Source: an uncultured Mycoplasmatota bacterium | Lineage (GTDB): Bacteria; Bacillota_I; Bacilli_A; RF39; UBA660 | Direction: 5' to 3' | DNA length: 64,000 nucleotides | Assembly (NCBI GenBank): GCA_947649355.1 | Contig: CANSRG010000001.1 | Span: forward strand, 3,554-67,553 | Part shown: one piece after another, positions 45,452 through 54,823 of the stretch | How positions within the stretch are numbered: position 1 is the first letter of the stretch | Layout of the letters: every line of letters starts with the position of its first letter | The notes under the pieces: generated by a model | What the model was told of the DNA's origin: nothing | What the model saw: only the letters and a program-made list of their open reading frames with translations | Database searches by the model: none | Position numbers and translations under genes: made by a program

Positions 45452-46240
45452 TTATAAATATTCTTCAAATATATTATCAATTAGTAGATTATTTTTTTCT
45501 AAATAAACATAATTAGCTCCAATATAATCAATTTTTTTCCTTTCATCTTTTGATATAAATTGATCCAACAAAATAATATATTGCAAAAAGTTAGTAGTAT
45601 TAACAAAATATATATCGGACGGAAATGTGATTTTTTGATTTTTATCATAAAATATTAACGACTTTAAAAAAACATTTAAAAAGTATGCCTTAATATCAAT
45701 TATAACATCTCCCACATTTCTATTCTGAAAATAATCATATAATATTCGTCTTTGTTGTTTCATAGCTTGAAAATCACTTAAATCTGTATCAAAAAAGTAA
45801 CTATTTATTTGTTGTAAAAAATCTTCTTTATCTGGAACTGAACCAACTACATAAAAAGGTATAATTATGTCATTTATTTTAGCTCTAACATAATTTACCA
45901 TAACAATTTCTAAAAAATCTTGCTTATTTGAACCTTTAAAAAAAAATTCAAAATTATTACTATTCTTTCTTATTTTTCTTTTTTGAATTATACCCATTTT
46001 TCGTTCAATATAATAAAAAAAATCACTTAAACTAATATTTAACCCATTAGAAATACTTAACAAAGTCAATATTTTTGGATTCATACTTTTATTCATCAAT
46101 ATATTTTCTACTGTACTCTGTGTCAACAAAGAATCATTTGCAAGTTTGTTTATGGAAATATCGTATATATAACAAAAATCATTGATGACTTCTTTTAGGG
46201 CTAAAATATATTTATTTTCTGTTTCTCTGTCAATAATCAA
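45452..46240 (-). CDS. HTH-domain regulator with 200-aa C-terminal domain
   Basis: 262 aa with an N-terminal XRE-like HTH. Flanked by the two plus-strand paralogs. Confidence 0.45.
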   Translation of the reverse strand: MIIDRETENKYILALKEVINDFCYIYDISINKLANDSLLTQSTVENILMNKSMNPKILTLLSISNGLNISLSDFFYYIERKMGIIQKRKIRKNSNNFEFFFKGSNKQDFLEIVMVNYVRAKINDIIIPFYVVGSVPDKEDFLQQINSYFFDTDLSDFQAMKQQRRILYDYFQNRNVGDVIIDIKAYFLNVFLKSLIFYDKNQKITFPSDIYFVNTTNFLQYIILLDQFISKDERKKIDYIGANYVYLEKNNLLIDNIFEEYL

Positions 46241-46362
46241 TTCCTCCCAACTTAAAGATACAAAATCTTTTTAATGCTAATTTATTATACCACAGCGGTC
46301 GTATATTTGTAACTATAAGAACGATTAAATTTTTAAGTGGGAAAATAAAAGCGGTGATTAAA

Positions 46363-46833
46363 ATGAAAGAATTTTCAACAAAAGAAAATGAAAATTTAAT
46401 TTTTTTAAGAGAAAACTCCAAGTATTATCAACATGAAATAGCTGCAATGCTTGGGATTTCAAAAGCAAATTATTGTAGATGGGAAAAAGGAGTATGTCTT
46501 GTTCCACTTAAACACCTAAATAAACTCGCTAACATATTTGATTCAAGTATGGATTACATACTTGGATTAACTAGAAAAAACAATAAAACTACACACATAG
46601 ATACATTAGATTACAATATAGTTGCTAAAAACTTAAAAATTGTTAACAAAAATTCAAAGCTATCATTACGAGAATTTGCTAAAATTTTAAATACATCTCA
46701 TTCAACGTTAGTAGCATATGAACAAGGAAAAACTTTAATAAAAACACATTTTGCGTATGAAATTGCTAAAAAATATAATATATCAATTGACTGGCTTACA
46801 GGAAGATCAAAGAATATGTTTATTATTAAATAA
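46363..46833 (+). CDS. Tandem-HTH (two XRE domains) transcriptional regulator, paralog 2
   Basis: ATG at 46363 with GGTGATTAAA RBS. C-terminus KKYNISIDWLTGRS matches paralog 1 KYNFSIDWLIGRS. Confidence 0.65.
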   Translation: MKEFSTKENENLIFLRENSKYYQHEIAAMLGISKANYCRWEKGVCLVPLKHLNKLANIFDSSMDYILGLTRKNNKTTHIDTLDYNIVAKNLKIVNKNSKLSLREFAKILNTSHSTLVAYEQGKTLIKTHFAYEIAKKYNISIDWLTGRSKNMFIIK

Positions 46834-46861
46834 AATATGTAAAAAAGGCTTAATGCCTTTT

Positions 46862-48262
46862 TTAATTATACATTGGAGTACCATAACCAAAAATATTATT
46901 GCTATTTATTGAATAAGTTTGTTCTCTACACATATCATTAGAATTTCCCTCAATAGTATAAATGACATCTCCTTCTACTTTTTCAACAATACCAACATGA
47001 TCTGATAAATCATCTCCATCCCAATTAAAAAAGATTATGTCTCCTTTATTTGGAATATAATTGGAATCTTGCCACAATCCTACTGCTTTAAACCAATTTA
47101 CACCTGTAAAACAACCAGAAAATTTTGGAATAATATTTTTTTCAATATAACCATTTTGTTCTGCAACCCAAGACACAAAAATAGCACACCATTCTACTCT
47201 TTCTTCAAAGCCATACCATTTCCAATATATCTCGCCACCAACATTTCCAATCTGTGATACGGCAACATCAACCATACCATCTCCGTTACTACTTTTTAAA
47301 ATACTACTCCATAAATCAGCATTTTTTTCATCCAGTAACTCTAAAACACTATTTTTTTGAATAAGAGTAAATTTGTATTTATCCATCATAGTATCAATCT
47401 CATTTTCTTGAATTTCAATATGAAGTATTTTCTTTGTTTTTCCTGGATTTAAATCTGACGGAATGAAAGAATCATCTATTTCTTCTGTAATATAATAATT
47501 AACTGAATTGATATCCCAAAATACTTTTTTTAAAGCTTTTATGTTCTCTTGCGTAAACATTAAAACTTGATCTGAATTTCTTCCAAGGGATACATAAGAA
47601 CTATATATTGATAATACTTTTTTCCATGATGCCCTATTAACCGTAAATAAAACTTCATCATGAGGATTTTCTTCTTGGATATTAGAAATTTTATCTGCCA
47701 TTTCTTGATTGATTTCACTAATAACAGTATTTAACGATACAGAAGATTCTACATAATTGCTGAAGAAGATTCCATAAATGGATGAAACGAATATTCCAAT
47801 AAAACAAAACAGGATTATTAGAAAGATTAGAACCCAACCACCCGCAAAGAAAAGTGAAAACATTGCTTTACTACCTAAAGTAGCGTTCTTCAAAAATTCC
47901 TTAAATTTAATAAAACTATTTTTTTTCCTTTTTATAACTGGTAAGTTAGGTTTTAAATTATTCATATTCTTTTTTTTAAATAAATTTAAGCTGTTTTTTA
48001 AATCTACTATATGGTCATAGCTTTTGTAAATACCTTTTTTAGCCTGTTTATAAGTTTTTTTTGTGTTCTTGACACTAAATTTACCACGAATCTTTTTTGC
48101 ACCTCCAACGGTATTCTCAACAGCATATTCTATTTGATTAGAATTAGTATCAGCTTTTTTGATATTATTTTTAAAAACATTTTTCATACGTTCTCCTAAT
48201 ATCTTGGATTTATCTACTAACTTTATCGAATTTTCTTTATTTTTCACTTTAATATCATTCAT
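46862..48262 (-). CDS. Conjugation-associated cell-wall hydrolase with C-terminal CHAP domain (Tn916 Orf14/CwlT-like)
   Basis: N-terminal TM. C-terminal CHAP signature WCAIFVSW..DHVGIV with Cys and His. Confidence 0.75.
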   Translation of the reverse strand: MNDIKVKNKENSIKLVDKSKILGERMKNVFKNNIKKADTNSNQIEYAVENTVGGAKKIRGKFSVKNTKKTYKQAKKGIYKSYDHIVDLKNSLNLFKKKNMNNLKPNLPVIKRKKNSFIKFKEFLKNATLGSKAMFSLFFAGGWVLIFLIILFCFIGIFVSSIYGIFFSNYVESSVSLNTVISEINQEMADKISNIQEENPHDEVLFTVNRASWKKVLSIYSSYVSLGRNSDQVLMFTQENIKALKKVFWDINSVNYYITEEIDDSFIPSDLNPGKTKKILHIEIQENEIDTMMDKYKFTLIQKNSVLELLDEKNADLWSSILKSSNGDGMVDVAVSQIGNVGGEIYWKWYGFEERVEWCAIFVSWVAEQNGYIEKNIIPKFSGCFTGVNWFKAVGLWQDSNYIPNKGDIIFFNWDGDDLSDHVGIVEKVEGDVIYTIEGNSNDMCREQTYSINSNNIFGYGTPMYN

Positions 48263-48271
48263 GCTAATCTC

Positions 48272-50623
48272 CTACATATTTTTTATTTCATTTGGTTTAG
48301 TAGTCATTAACTTATACAATCTGGTATTAGTAGGAAAAATATTCTCAAAAGGAACGAGAGAACTACCAACTTTCAAAAGTCCATGTCCTTCGGTAACATT
48401 TGTGATATAACTCATTTGCAGATCTGATATGTTTAAAAGTTTAGCTAACTCTTGTCTATCAGTGCTTGCTTGATTAAGCATTATAATAAACTCACTATTT
48501 GCTAACATAGTTCTTGCTGTGTGACTTTGTAACAAATCATCAACATTTTGAGTAATCCCTGTACAATATGCTCCATATTTTCGAACACGTTTCCACAAAG
48601 TGAATAAAAAATTAGCAGAATATTCATTTTGGAATAACAAGTAAATTTCATCAATAAAAATAAAGGTATTTCTACCTTTAGCCCTATTCATTGTTATACG
48701 ATTTAAAATATTATCGAGAACTACTAACATTCCTATAGGAAGTAATTGTTTTCCTAAATCAAGTATATCATAACATATTAGTCTACTATTCGTGTTGACA
48801 TTAGTTTGTTTTGCAAAAGTATTCAAACTTCCATCCGAAAACATTTCGATAGCAAGAGCTATTTCTTTGGCTTCAGGCTCTGCTTGCTTTAACAGTTCCT
48901 CATGAAAATCTTGAAGCGTTGGAGGAATACCTAAATAATTTCCTTGCTGGAAAAGTCTATACATTTGGGCAGTACAACGATCAATGATAGATTTTTGTTT
49001 CGGTCCTAAGTTATTTCTGCCAACCAATTGTTCACACAAAGATAAAATAAATTCGGATTTTAAAATCACTGGGTTTGCTCCATCTCCATAATCTCGATTT
49101 ATATCCATACAATTTATATGACTATTACTTGTTGCAGAAATATGGACTACTTCTCCTCCCAATGAACTAACTAACTTAGATTCTTCACGTTCTGGATCTA
49201 TGATAATTACGTCTGCATTTGGATCATTTAAAATTATAGATACAATTTCATTTTTAGCAATAAAACTTTTTCCCGACCCAGAAACACCGAGAATAAAACT
49301 ATTTCCATTTAGTAATTGTCGCCTGTCTGCTATAATCATATTTTTGCTTATAACATTTTGACCATAGTATATGCCGTTCTCGTGATTTATTTCTTGCACT
49401 CTAAAAGGAATAAAAACACCTAGACTTTCGGTCGTAAGTGTTCGCAAAGTATCTATTTTTCTAATTCCGTGTGGCATAACAGTATTAAGTCCATCCATTT
49501 GTTGAAATTTTAAAACTGCAAATTGACAAAGATGTTTTCTAGCAGTAGTTAATAAACTCTCTGTATCATTATCAAGTTGTTCTTTTGAATCTGCTGTATG
49601 CACCATTGTTAAGACAGATAAAAACATTCTTTGATCACGAGTAGTTAGATCATCCAAAAACTCTTTACTTTCATTTCTTTGTTGCTCTAGGTCGTATGGA
49701 ATAACGGCACTAAAATTTTGATTTGCATTTTGCCTACGTTGCCAATTCGTGATATTGGTTTCTACGCCAAGCCTACGATTTTCAACTTCTCGCACGGCTT
49801 CATCCATAGCGATAGGTACAACATCAATAGACATCATCATATTTCTATTTAGATCTGTTAGTTCTGCAACCATAGTATCCTTTATATAAGAAGCATATTC
49901 TTTTAAAAATATCACTCTACCATAACGATTTCCCATTTTAAAATAGTCTTTTTCAAACTCTATTGTGTCTGGGCATATATAATCTTTAAAACTATGCCCT
50001 TTTTTCATATTGGATAACATATCAAAATCAAAAAAATTTTCTTCTCCTGTTCTGTAGAAATTATGAAATATTTGAAGCCTTTCTACAGCATTTAATTCTT
50101 CGCATTTAGATCCCAACTCTGAGAAATGATGGCATAAATCTGCTCCAACTCTAGCAAAGTAATTTCTTGCTTCTTCAATACTCTTTTTATTTATTGAAAT
50201 AGTGATATATTTTTTTTGAACAATACCATCTTTGAGTGATGCCTGATCAAGTAAAATTTTATTATATTCTTTTCTGTATTCATCTAAACCATCATTATTC
50301 ATTTTTAATAAAATATTTTTTTCAAAGTCTATTTTATTTAATCTACAGTTGTTGATAGTTATCTTTGTTGTTGCACCACAGTCAAAACTATTTAATAGTT
50401 CAGAATATTTTAAAAACATTGCTTCTTTATCGTTACGGCTTGCCACGGCATAATTTATATCATTAAACTTGAAAGTCTTTGAATACTTGTTATTTCCAAC
50501 TAGAAAAATACCATCTTCCCAAATTCGGTAAACTGGAATAGTATCTTGAACTCCCTTTGGAATCACAAACTTTTCTTTATCATTTTTATATAGCATTTTT
50601 AAAGTTTTCATATTTCTCATCAT
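48272..50623 (-). CDS. VirB4-like conjugal transfer ATPase
   Basis: 783 aa. Walker A GVSGSGKS, Walker B IIIDPE. AAA_10-type organisation. Confidence 0.85.
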   Translation of the reverse strand: MMRNMKTLKMLYKNDKEKFVIPKGVQDTIPVYRIWEDGIFLVGNNKYSKTFKFNDINYAVASRNDKEAMFLKYSELLNSFDCGATTKITINNCRLNKIDFEKNILLKMNNDGLDEYRKEYNKILLDQASLKDGIVQKKYITISINKKSIEEARNYFARVGADLCHHFSELGSKCEELNAVERLQIFHNFYRTGEENFFDFDMLSNMKKGHSFKDYICPDTIEFEKDYFKMGNRYGRVIFLKEYASYIKDTMVAELTDLNRNMMMSIDVVPIAMDEAVREVENRRLGVETNITNWQRRQNANQNFSAVIPYDLEQQRNESKEFLDDLTTRDQRMFLSVLTMVHTADSKEQLDNDTESLLTTARKHLCQFAVLKFQQMDGLNTVMPHGIRKIDTLRTLTTESLGVFIPFRVQEINHENGIYYGQNVISKNMIIADRRQLLNGNSFILGVSGSGKSFIAKNEIVSIILNDPNADVIIIDPEREESKLVSSLGGEVVHISATSNSHINCMDINRDYGDGANPVILKSEFILSLCEQLVGRNNLGPKQKSIIDRCTAQMYRLFQQGNYLGIPPTLQDFHEELLKQAEPEAKEIALAIEMFSDGSLNTFAKQTNVNTNSRLICYDILDLGKQLLPIGMLVVLDNILNRITMNRAKGRNTFIFIDEIYLLFQNEYSANFLFTLWKRVRKYGAYCTGITQNVDDLLQSHTARTMLANSEFIIMLNQASTDRQELAKLLNISDLQMSYITNVTEGHGLLKVGSSLVPFENIFPTNTRLYKLMTTKPNEIKNM

Positions 50624-50650
50624 TTCCTTTCTTTACTCTTTTATTAGAAT

Positions 50651-50998
50651 TCATCTTTCAACTTCTTTATTTATCTTGTTTTTTAACAATTCATAATAAA
50701 AATTGGTAGGTTTAAAAGTTAAATGTTTAGGAATCAGAAACTCAGATTTTAACCAAGCCCATAAAAACTTTTCTGCGGTCATACCATTGTAAGATATAAA
50801 ACCTAGTAAGGCAAAAGGCAAAGATGCAAGAATACAAACCCACGACGTAGTTTCTATTCCTAGTTTATCTTTTAACAAGAAATAAAAAAACGTGGCTATA
50901 ATGCATGCAAGAAACGAACAAATAAATTGACGCATAGATAAGCCAAAATATATATTCTCTGTATAATTCCTGATTTCCTTGTTAATTTTAATTTCCAT
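50651..50998 (-). CDS. PrgI/VirB3-like small membrane protein
   Basis: 115 aa with two TM helices, directly upstream of VirB4. Confidence 0.55.
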   Translation of the reverse strand: MEIKINKEIRNYTENIYFGLSMRQFICSFLACIIATFFYFLLKDKLGIETTSWVCILASLPFALLGFISYNGMTAEKFLWAWLKSEFLIPKHLTFKPTNFYYELLKNKINKEVER

Positions 50999-51069
50999 AA
51001 TCTTCTATTCCTTTCTTTTTTTAATTTATCTTGTTAAATCAATTATTTTTTTCTTTTTCTTATCACTTT

Positions 51070-51345
51070 TTAATAAATCTTTATATTTTTTTTAGCTAGC
51101 TCCTTATTTTCTTTGTAATTTAATGCATAATTCCAAGATATAGGTTTATTATTTTTTACCATTTTATAATTGAAAATAATCATATATTCATATTTAGAAA
51201 AAAAACTCTTAGATTTCTCAACTAATGCCATTGAACCATTTTTTTCTAGAATTCTTATATTATTATAAAAAGGTATAGGACTTTTAAATTTTTCATACAC
51301 AGAATCTTGTATTTTCTCACATTTCATTTTATTTGTCCCTTTCAT
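51070..51345 (-). CDS. Hypothetical protein (insert in T4SS operon)
   Basis: 91 aa, K/N-rich, no TM. Confidence 0.35.
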   Translation of the reverse strand: MKGTNKMKCEKIQDSVYEKFKSPIPFYNNIRILEKNGSMALVEKSKSFFSKYEYMIIFNYKMVKNNKPISWNYALNYKENKELAKKNIKIY

Positions 51346-51923
51346 CTTTCCCTATCATGATTGTGATTGTTTTTAAAATGACTATTTTTATGGTATTTAT
51401 TATAATTTTCAGAATCCTGTTTTTTTATAGAATCCAAATCCTTTTGTTCCCTCTCTTCAATAAAATTTGAACATTTAATTGCATGAGTTTGAATCTCTGG
51501 ATCTTCTAAAGTTTCTTTATAATAATTCAAAAAATCTGAATTCAAATAATGAAAATCTTTCTTAGCAAATTTTTGTTGTTCTTGAATATAATCATATGTC
51601 AAAGTTAATGCAATGGACTCGTTTACTCGCAAATCTTTTGGATTTAAACCTAAATCAAGGCATAATAAGGCTTGTTGAAAATATTTCTCATCCTCTTTTT
51701 TTAATGCACTTAATTGAGTATACATGATAGTAAGAAACTGTCTACTAGTAATTTCACCTGTATATAGTTCTTTTACTTTATCTAATATTTTTTCGTAATG
51801 TTGTGGTGGGACTACGGTAGGTTTTTCTGTTTCTGGATTTATATACTGATAAGTCATATCACTCATAGCTTTACTCATTTCTTTTGGTTTCAACTGCGTA
51901 AAATCATCATACTGTTTTCTCAT
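51342..51923 (-). CDS. Hypothetical protein (insert in T4SS operon)
   Basis: 193 aa soluble, His-rich C-terminus. Confidence 0.4.
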   Translation of the reverse strand: MRKQYDDFTQLKPKEMSKAMSDMTYQYINPETEKPTVVPPQHYEKILDKVKELYTGEITSRQFLTIMYTQLSALKKEDEKYFQQALLCLDLGLNPKDLRVNESIALTLTYDYIQEQQKFAKKDFHYLNSDFLNYYKETLEDPEIQTHAIKCSNFIEEREQKDLDSIKKQDSENYNKYHKNSHFKNNHNHDRER

Positions 51924-51978
51924 TTTTTTTCACCTTTCCTTTTTCTATTTATTTTTATTAGGGTTCTACAAACAATTT

Positions 51979-52740
51979 CTATTTTTCATATTCTCTAGAC
52001 TTAACTAAATTCCTATTATCATTAAATCTAGTTTCCAAATCTGTATACCCAAGAATTTTATACTCCTCATTAAATTCAATTACATCTTCTAATCCTAAAT
52101 TATTTACTTCATCTTTTAAATTTTTAAAATCTTGTTCAGTAAATCTTTCTGAATAATTTTCTTCCCAATCTTCCTTTGTTATATAACACATTGATGATTC
52201 GGCCTTACATACACAATCATATATTTCTTTTAATAATGGAGAACACTTAGAGATTTTTGGTAATTTTAAATAATTATCAAAAGATTGATATATTAGACTT
52301 TTATATGGATTATCAGCGAATTTTTCAGGGACTCTACTACTTCCATACATTTCATAACTAAGATTTTCAATATCTTTTAAATCATAACTCACAATAATAT
52401 TAGCAACCAGTTTATTTTTTTTATAAAGAATAACATGGCATCTTACATCACCATAATCCGTTACCCATTTATTTAAAATCTTGACTTTTCTTAATCTTAT
52501 ATTTTCGTTATTCCATATCCCTATGCTTTGTCCATTTTCTTCCATAGAGCGAAAAGCAGCATCTTTATAAATCTTATAATCATAAATTATTTTTTTTAAA
52601 GCATCAATATCTCTTTGAAATGGGTTATCTAAATCATCATTGTTAGAAAGAAATGATTCTCTATCTGCAATTAAATCATTCAATTGTTTTAACATGTCAT
52701 GATCACTCAAACTATTTTGCCGAATATTATTTCTTCTCAT
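51979..52740 (-). CDS. Hypothetical protein (insert in T4SS operon)
   Basis: 253 aa soluble. No recognisable motif. Confidence 0.4.
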   Translation of the reverse strand: MRRNNIRQNSLSDHDMLKQLNDLIADRESFLSNNDDLDNPFQRDIDALKKIIYDYKIYKDAAFRSMEENGQSIGIWNNENIRLRKVKILNKWVTDYGDVRCHVILYKKNKLVANIIVSYDLKDIENLSYEMYGSSRVPEKFADNPYKSLIYQSFDNYLKLPKISKCSPLLKEIYDCVCKAESSMCYITKEDWEENYSERFTEQDFKNLKDEVNNLGLEDVIEFNEEYKILGYTDLETRFNDNRNLVKSREYEK

Positions 52741-52750
52741 TATTTTGTAC

Positions 52751-53398
52751 CTACCTTTCGTTATATTTTTCTTTATTTTTAACTAACTTTTTCAACCCTG
52801 ACAAGTAATAAAATCTTGCATAACCAACGCCATAATCATAAATATATTTTTTTTGAATGGATTTATCAAAGTATTTATTAAAAATTGTCATTGCTTTATC
52901 ATATTTTAATGGAACAGAGTTTATAATTTCTAATTGTAATTCATTTCTCTTCTCAATATCCAAACAACACTCCTGATTGGAAAGTGATAAGCAATAAGCT
53001 AAATTACGAACTTGTTTTTTTGTCATATACATAGGATTAACAATTAAGTCAGGATAATAAAATACATCATTTTGATATTTAAAGTATTCCTCTAAAGAGT
53101 TGATGGGTTTATATATGTGTATTATGGGCTCTACAGGTTCTTTTCCCTCCAAAGTTAAGCCATCATCTATAATGTCTCCGTTGGCATCAATACATTCATT
53201 AACACCAATTGGAATACCTAGTTGAAGCATCAAAACATATTCTTCCCTAAAAAAACAAGCTCCAAGACCACCTAATAGTTGCTTATAAAAATCTAATTTT
53301 TGTTCTTTATTGTGATTTTTTATAAACTCGTACATATCAGAATTATTAAAAATCTTTTCCTTTAAAATATCATCTAAATTTTGCGGTTTATTTGTCAT
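52751..53398 (-). CDS. Hypothetical protein (insert in T4SS operon)
   Basis: 215 aa soluble. No recognisable motif. Confidence 0.4.
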   Translation of the reverse strand: MTNKPQNLDDILKEKIFNNSDMYEFIKNHNKEQKLDFYKQLLGGLGACFFREEYVLMLQLGIPIGVNECIDANGDIIDDGLTLEGKEPVEPIIHIYKPINSLEEYFKYQNDVFYYPDLIVNPMYMTKKQVRNLAYCLSLSNQECCLDIEKRNELQLEIINSVPLKYDKAMTIFNKYFDKSIQKKYIYDYGVGYARFYYLSGLKKLVKNKEKYNER

Positions 53399-53639
53399 AA
53401 ATTCACACTTTCTTTCTCAGTTTGTAATTTTTGTAAAAATTGTCTTTTCTGTTAAAAGCTTTCAAACAAATCATCTCTCTTTCTCTTTATTTTTACTGAT
53501 TCTTCAATATAATTACACACTTTATTTGATTCATTTATAGATTGAAATAACTCTGTTGGTTTATTTTCTAATATGCTAAATCAAGATCGAATTTAGGCTT
53601 TATGATTATCATAACATTCTGCCTTTGCTAATGATAATT

Positions 53640-54476
53640 TCATAAACCCATCATCTCCTTTACAACACGATCACTCATTTTCACAGTTCCAACAAGAACT
53701 AGCATATTGAATATAAGTTCGCCAACATACTTCCATACTTGCGTGACAGCAGACAGGTTAGGGTCTATTACTGGAGGAGTTGATGAAAAAAGAGAAAAAA
53801 TAATACACGCTAAAACTATGATTGCTCCTTCTAAACATACAGAACAATAAGATTTAAGAAAACTCTTTCCAACATTTTGAACAGGTTCTCCAGCAAACGT
53901 AGATAATGCGATAGGAGAAATTGCTGTATATAAATACAATTTGAAAAATCTTCCATACACTGTCATTATCATAATGATACTTAATACAGTAATTAGCAAA
54001 CCACCAATTAACGTTACTGCCCACAAAGGAATACTTTCAAAAAAACCACAATCTTCTATTGTCTTTATCAAAGCTGTAGGAAGTGTACTCCTTAATGCTC
54101 CACCCAAATTGGCTGAAGAAATAATTGTTGAAACTGTTCCTTGAATAATTTTAAAAAATGCCATCATTAAATCTAATCCATATGTGACAACAATTTTAGC
54201 TATCACAAATCGTATAAACAATTTTACAGCATGCTCAGGCTTTTTAAATTCGACAAGAGAGCCACAAGTTTTAATCACTCCAATCGCAAAGAATAATACT
54301 AGCAAAGCAAACCCTATAGCTTGTAGTGATTGATGAATACTGGTTATTACATTCCATATACCACCACCTTTAAAATGTTCTGGAGATAGGAGAATTAAAT
54401 CCCATAGTTCTTCTAACTTAGAGTTCCATGTTTCTAAAGCATTTTCTAAATTTTGAACTACCCAATTGTTTGACAT
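53640..54476 (-). CDS. VirB6/TrbL-like polytopic membrane protein
   Basis: 278 aa with about 6 TM helices. Position between Maff2-like and PrgI/VirB4. Confidence 0.5.
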   Translation of the reverse strand: MSNNWVVQNLENALETWNSKLEELWDLILLSPEHFKGGGIWNVITSIHQSLQAIGFALLVLFFAIGVIKTCGSLVEFKKPEHAVKLFIRFVIAKIVVTYGLDLMMAFFKIIQGTVSTIISSANLGGALRSTLPTALIKTIEDCGFFESIPLWAVTLIGGLLITVLSIIMIMTVYGRFFKLYLYTAISPIALSTFAGEPVQNVGKSFLKSYCSVCLEGAIIVLACIIFSLFSSTPPVIDPNLSAVTQVWKYVGELIFNMLVLVGTVKMSDRVVKEMMGL

Positions 54477-54502
54477 AATTTTTCCTCCTTGCTAAGCAAT
54501 TA

Positions 54503-54823
54503 TCATTTAGTAATATAATCTAAAATTTCCTTAGAAAAAGTAATGATAATAGCACCTAATATAGTCAATAAACTGTTAGCCCTTTGACTAGGATCATGAC
54601 TTTTTAAAGATAGACCAAATTGAACTATCCCCCATCCACACATAATCATTCCTACAGCTCGAATTAAACCAAAGATAAAACTAGATAAATTATTTACAAC
54701 AGTTAGTGGATCTTCGGCTGCCATTACATTTGAAGTAATTCCAATTGTAATCGTCAATAAAAAAATAAACTCACTATATCTTCTAAAAAATTGTTTTAAT
54801 CTTTCATCATAACTTTTTTTCAT
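54503..54823 (-). CDS. Maff2/VirB2-like small membrane protein
   Basis: 106 aa. Signal peptide plus two hydrophobic segments, directly downstream of VirD4. Confidence 0.45.
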   Translation of the reverse strand: MKKSYDERLKQFFRRYSEFIFLLTITIGITSNVMAAEDPLTVVNNLSSFIFGLIRAVGMIMCGWGIVQFGLSLKSHDPSQRANSLLTILGAIIITFSKEILDYITK

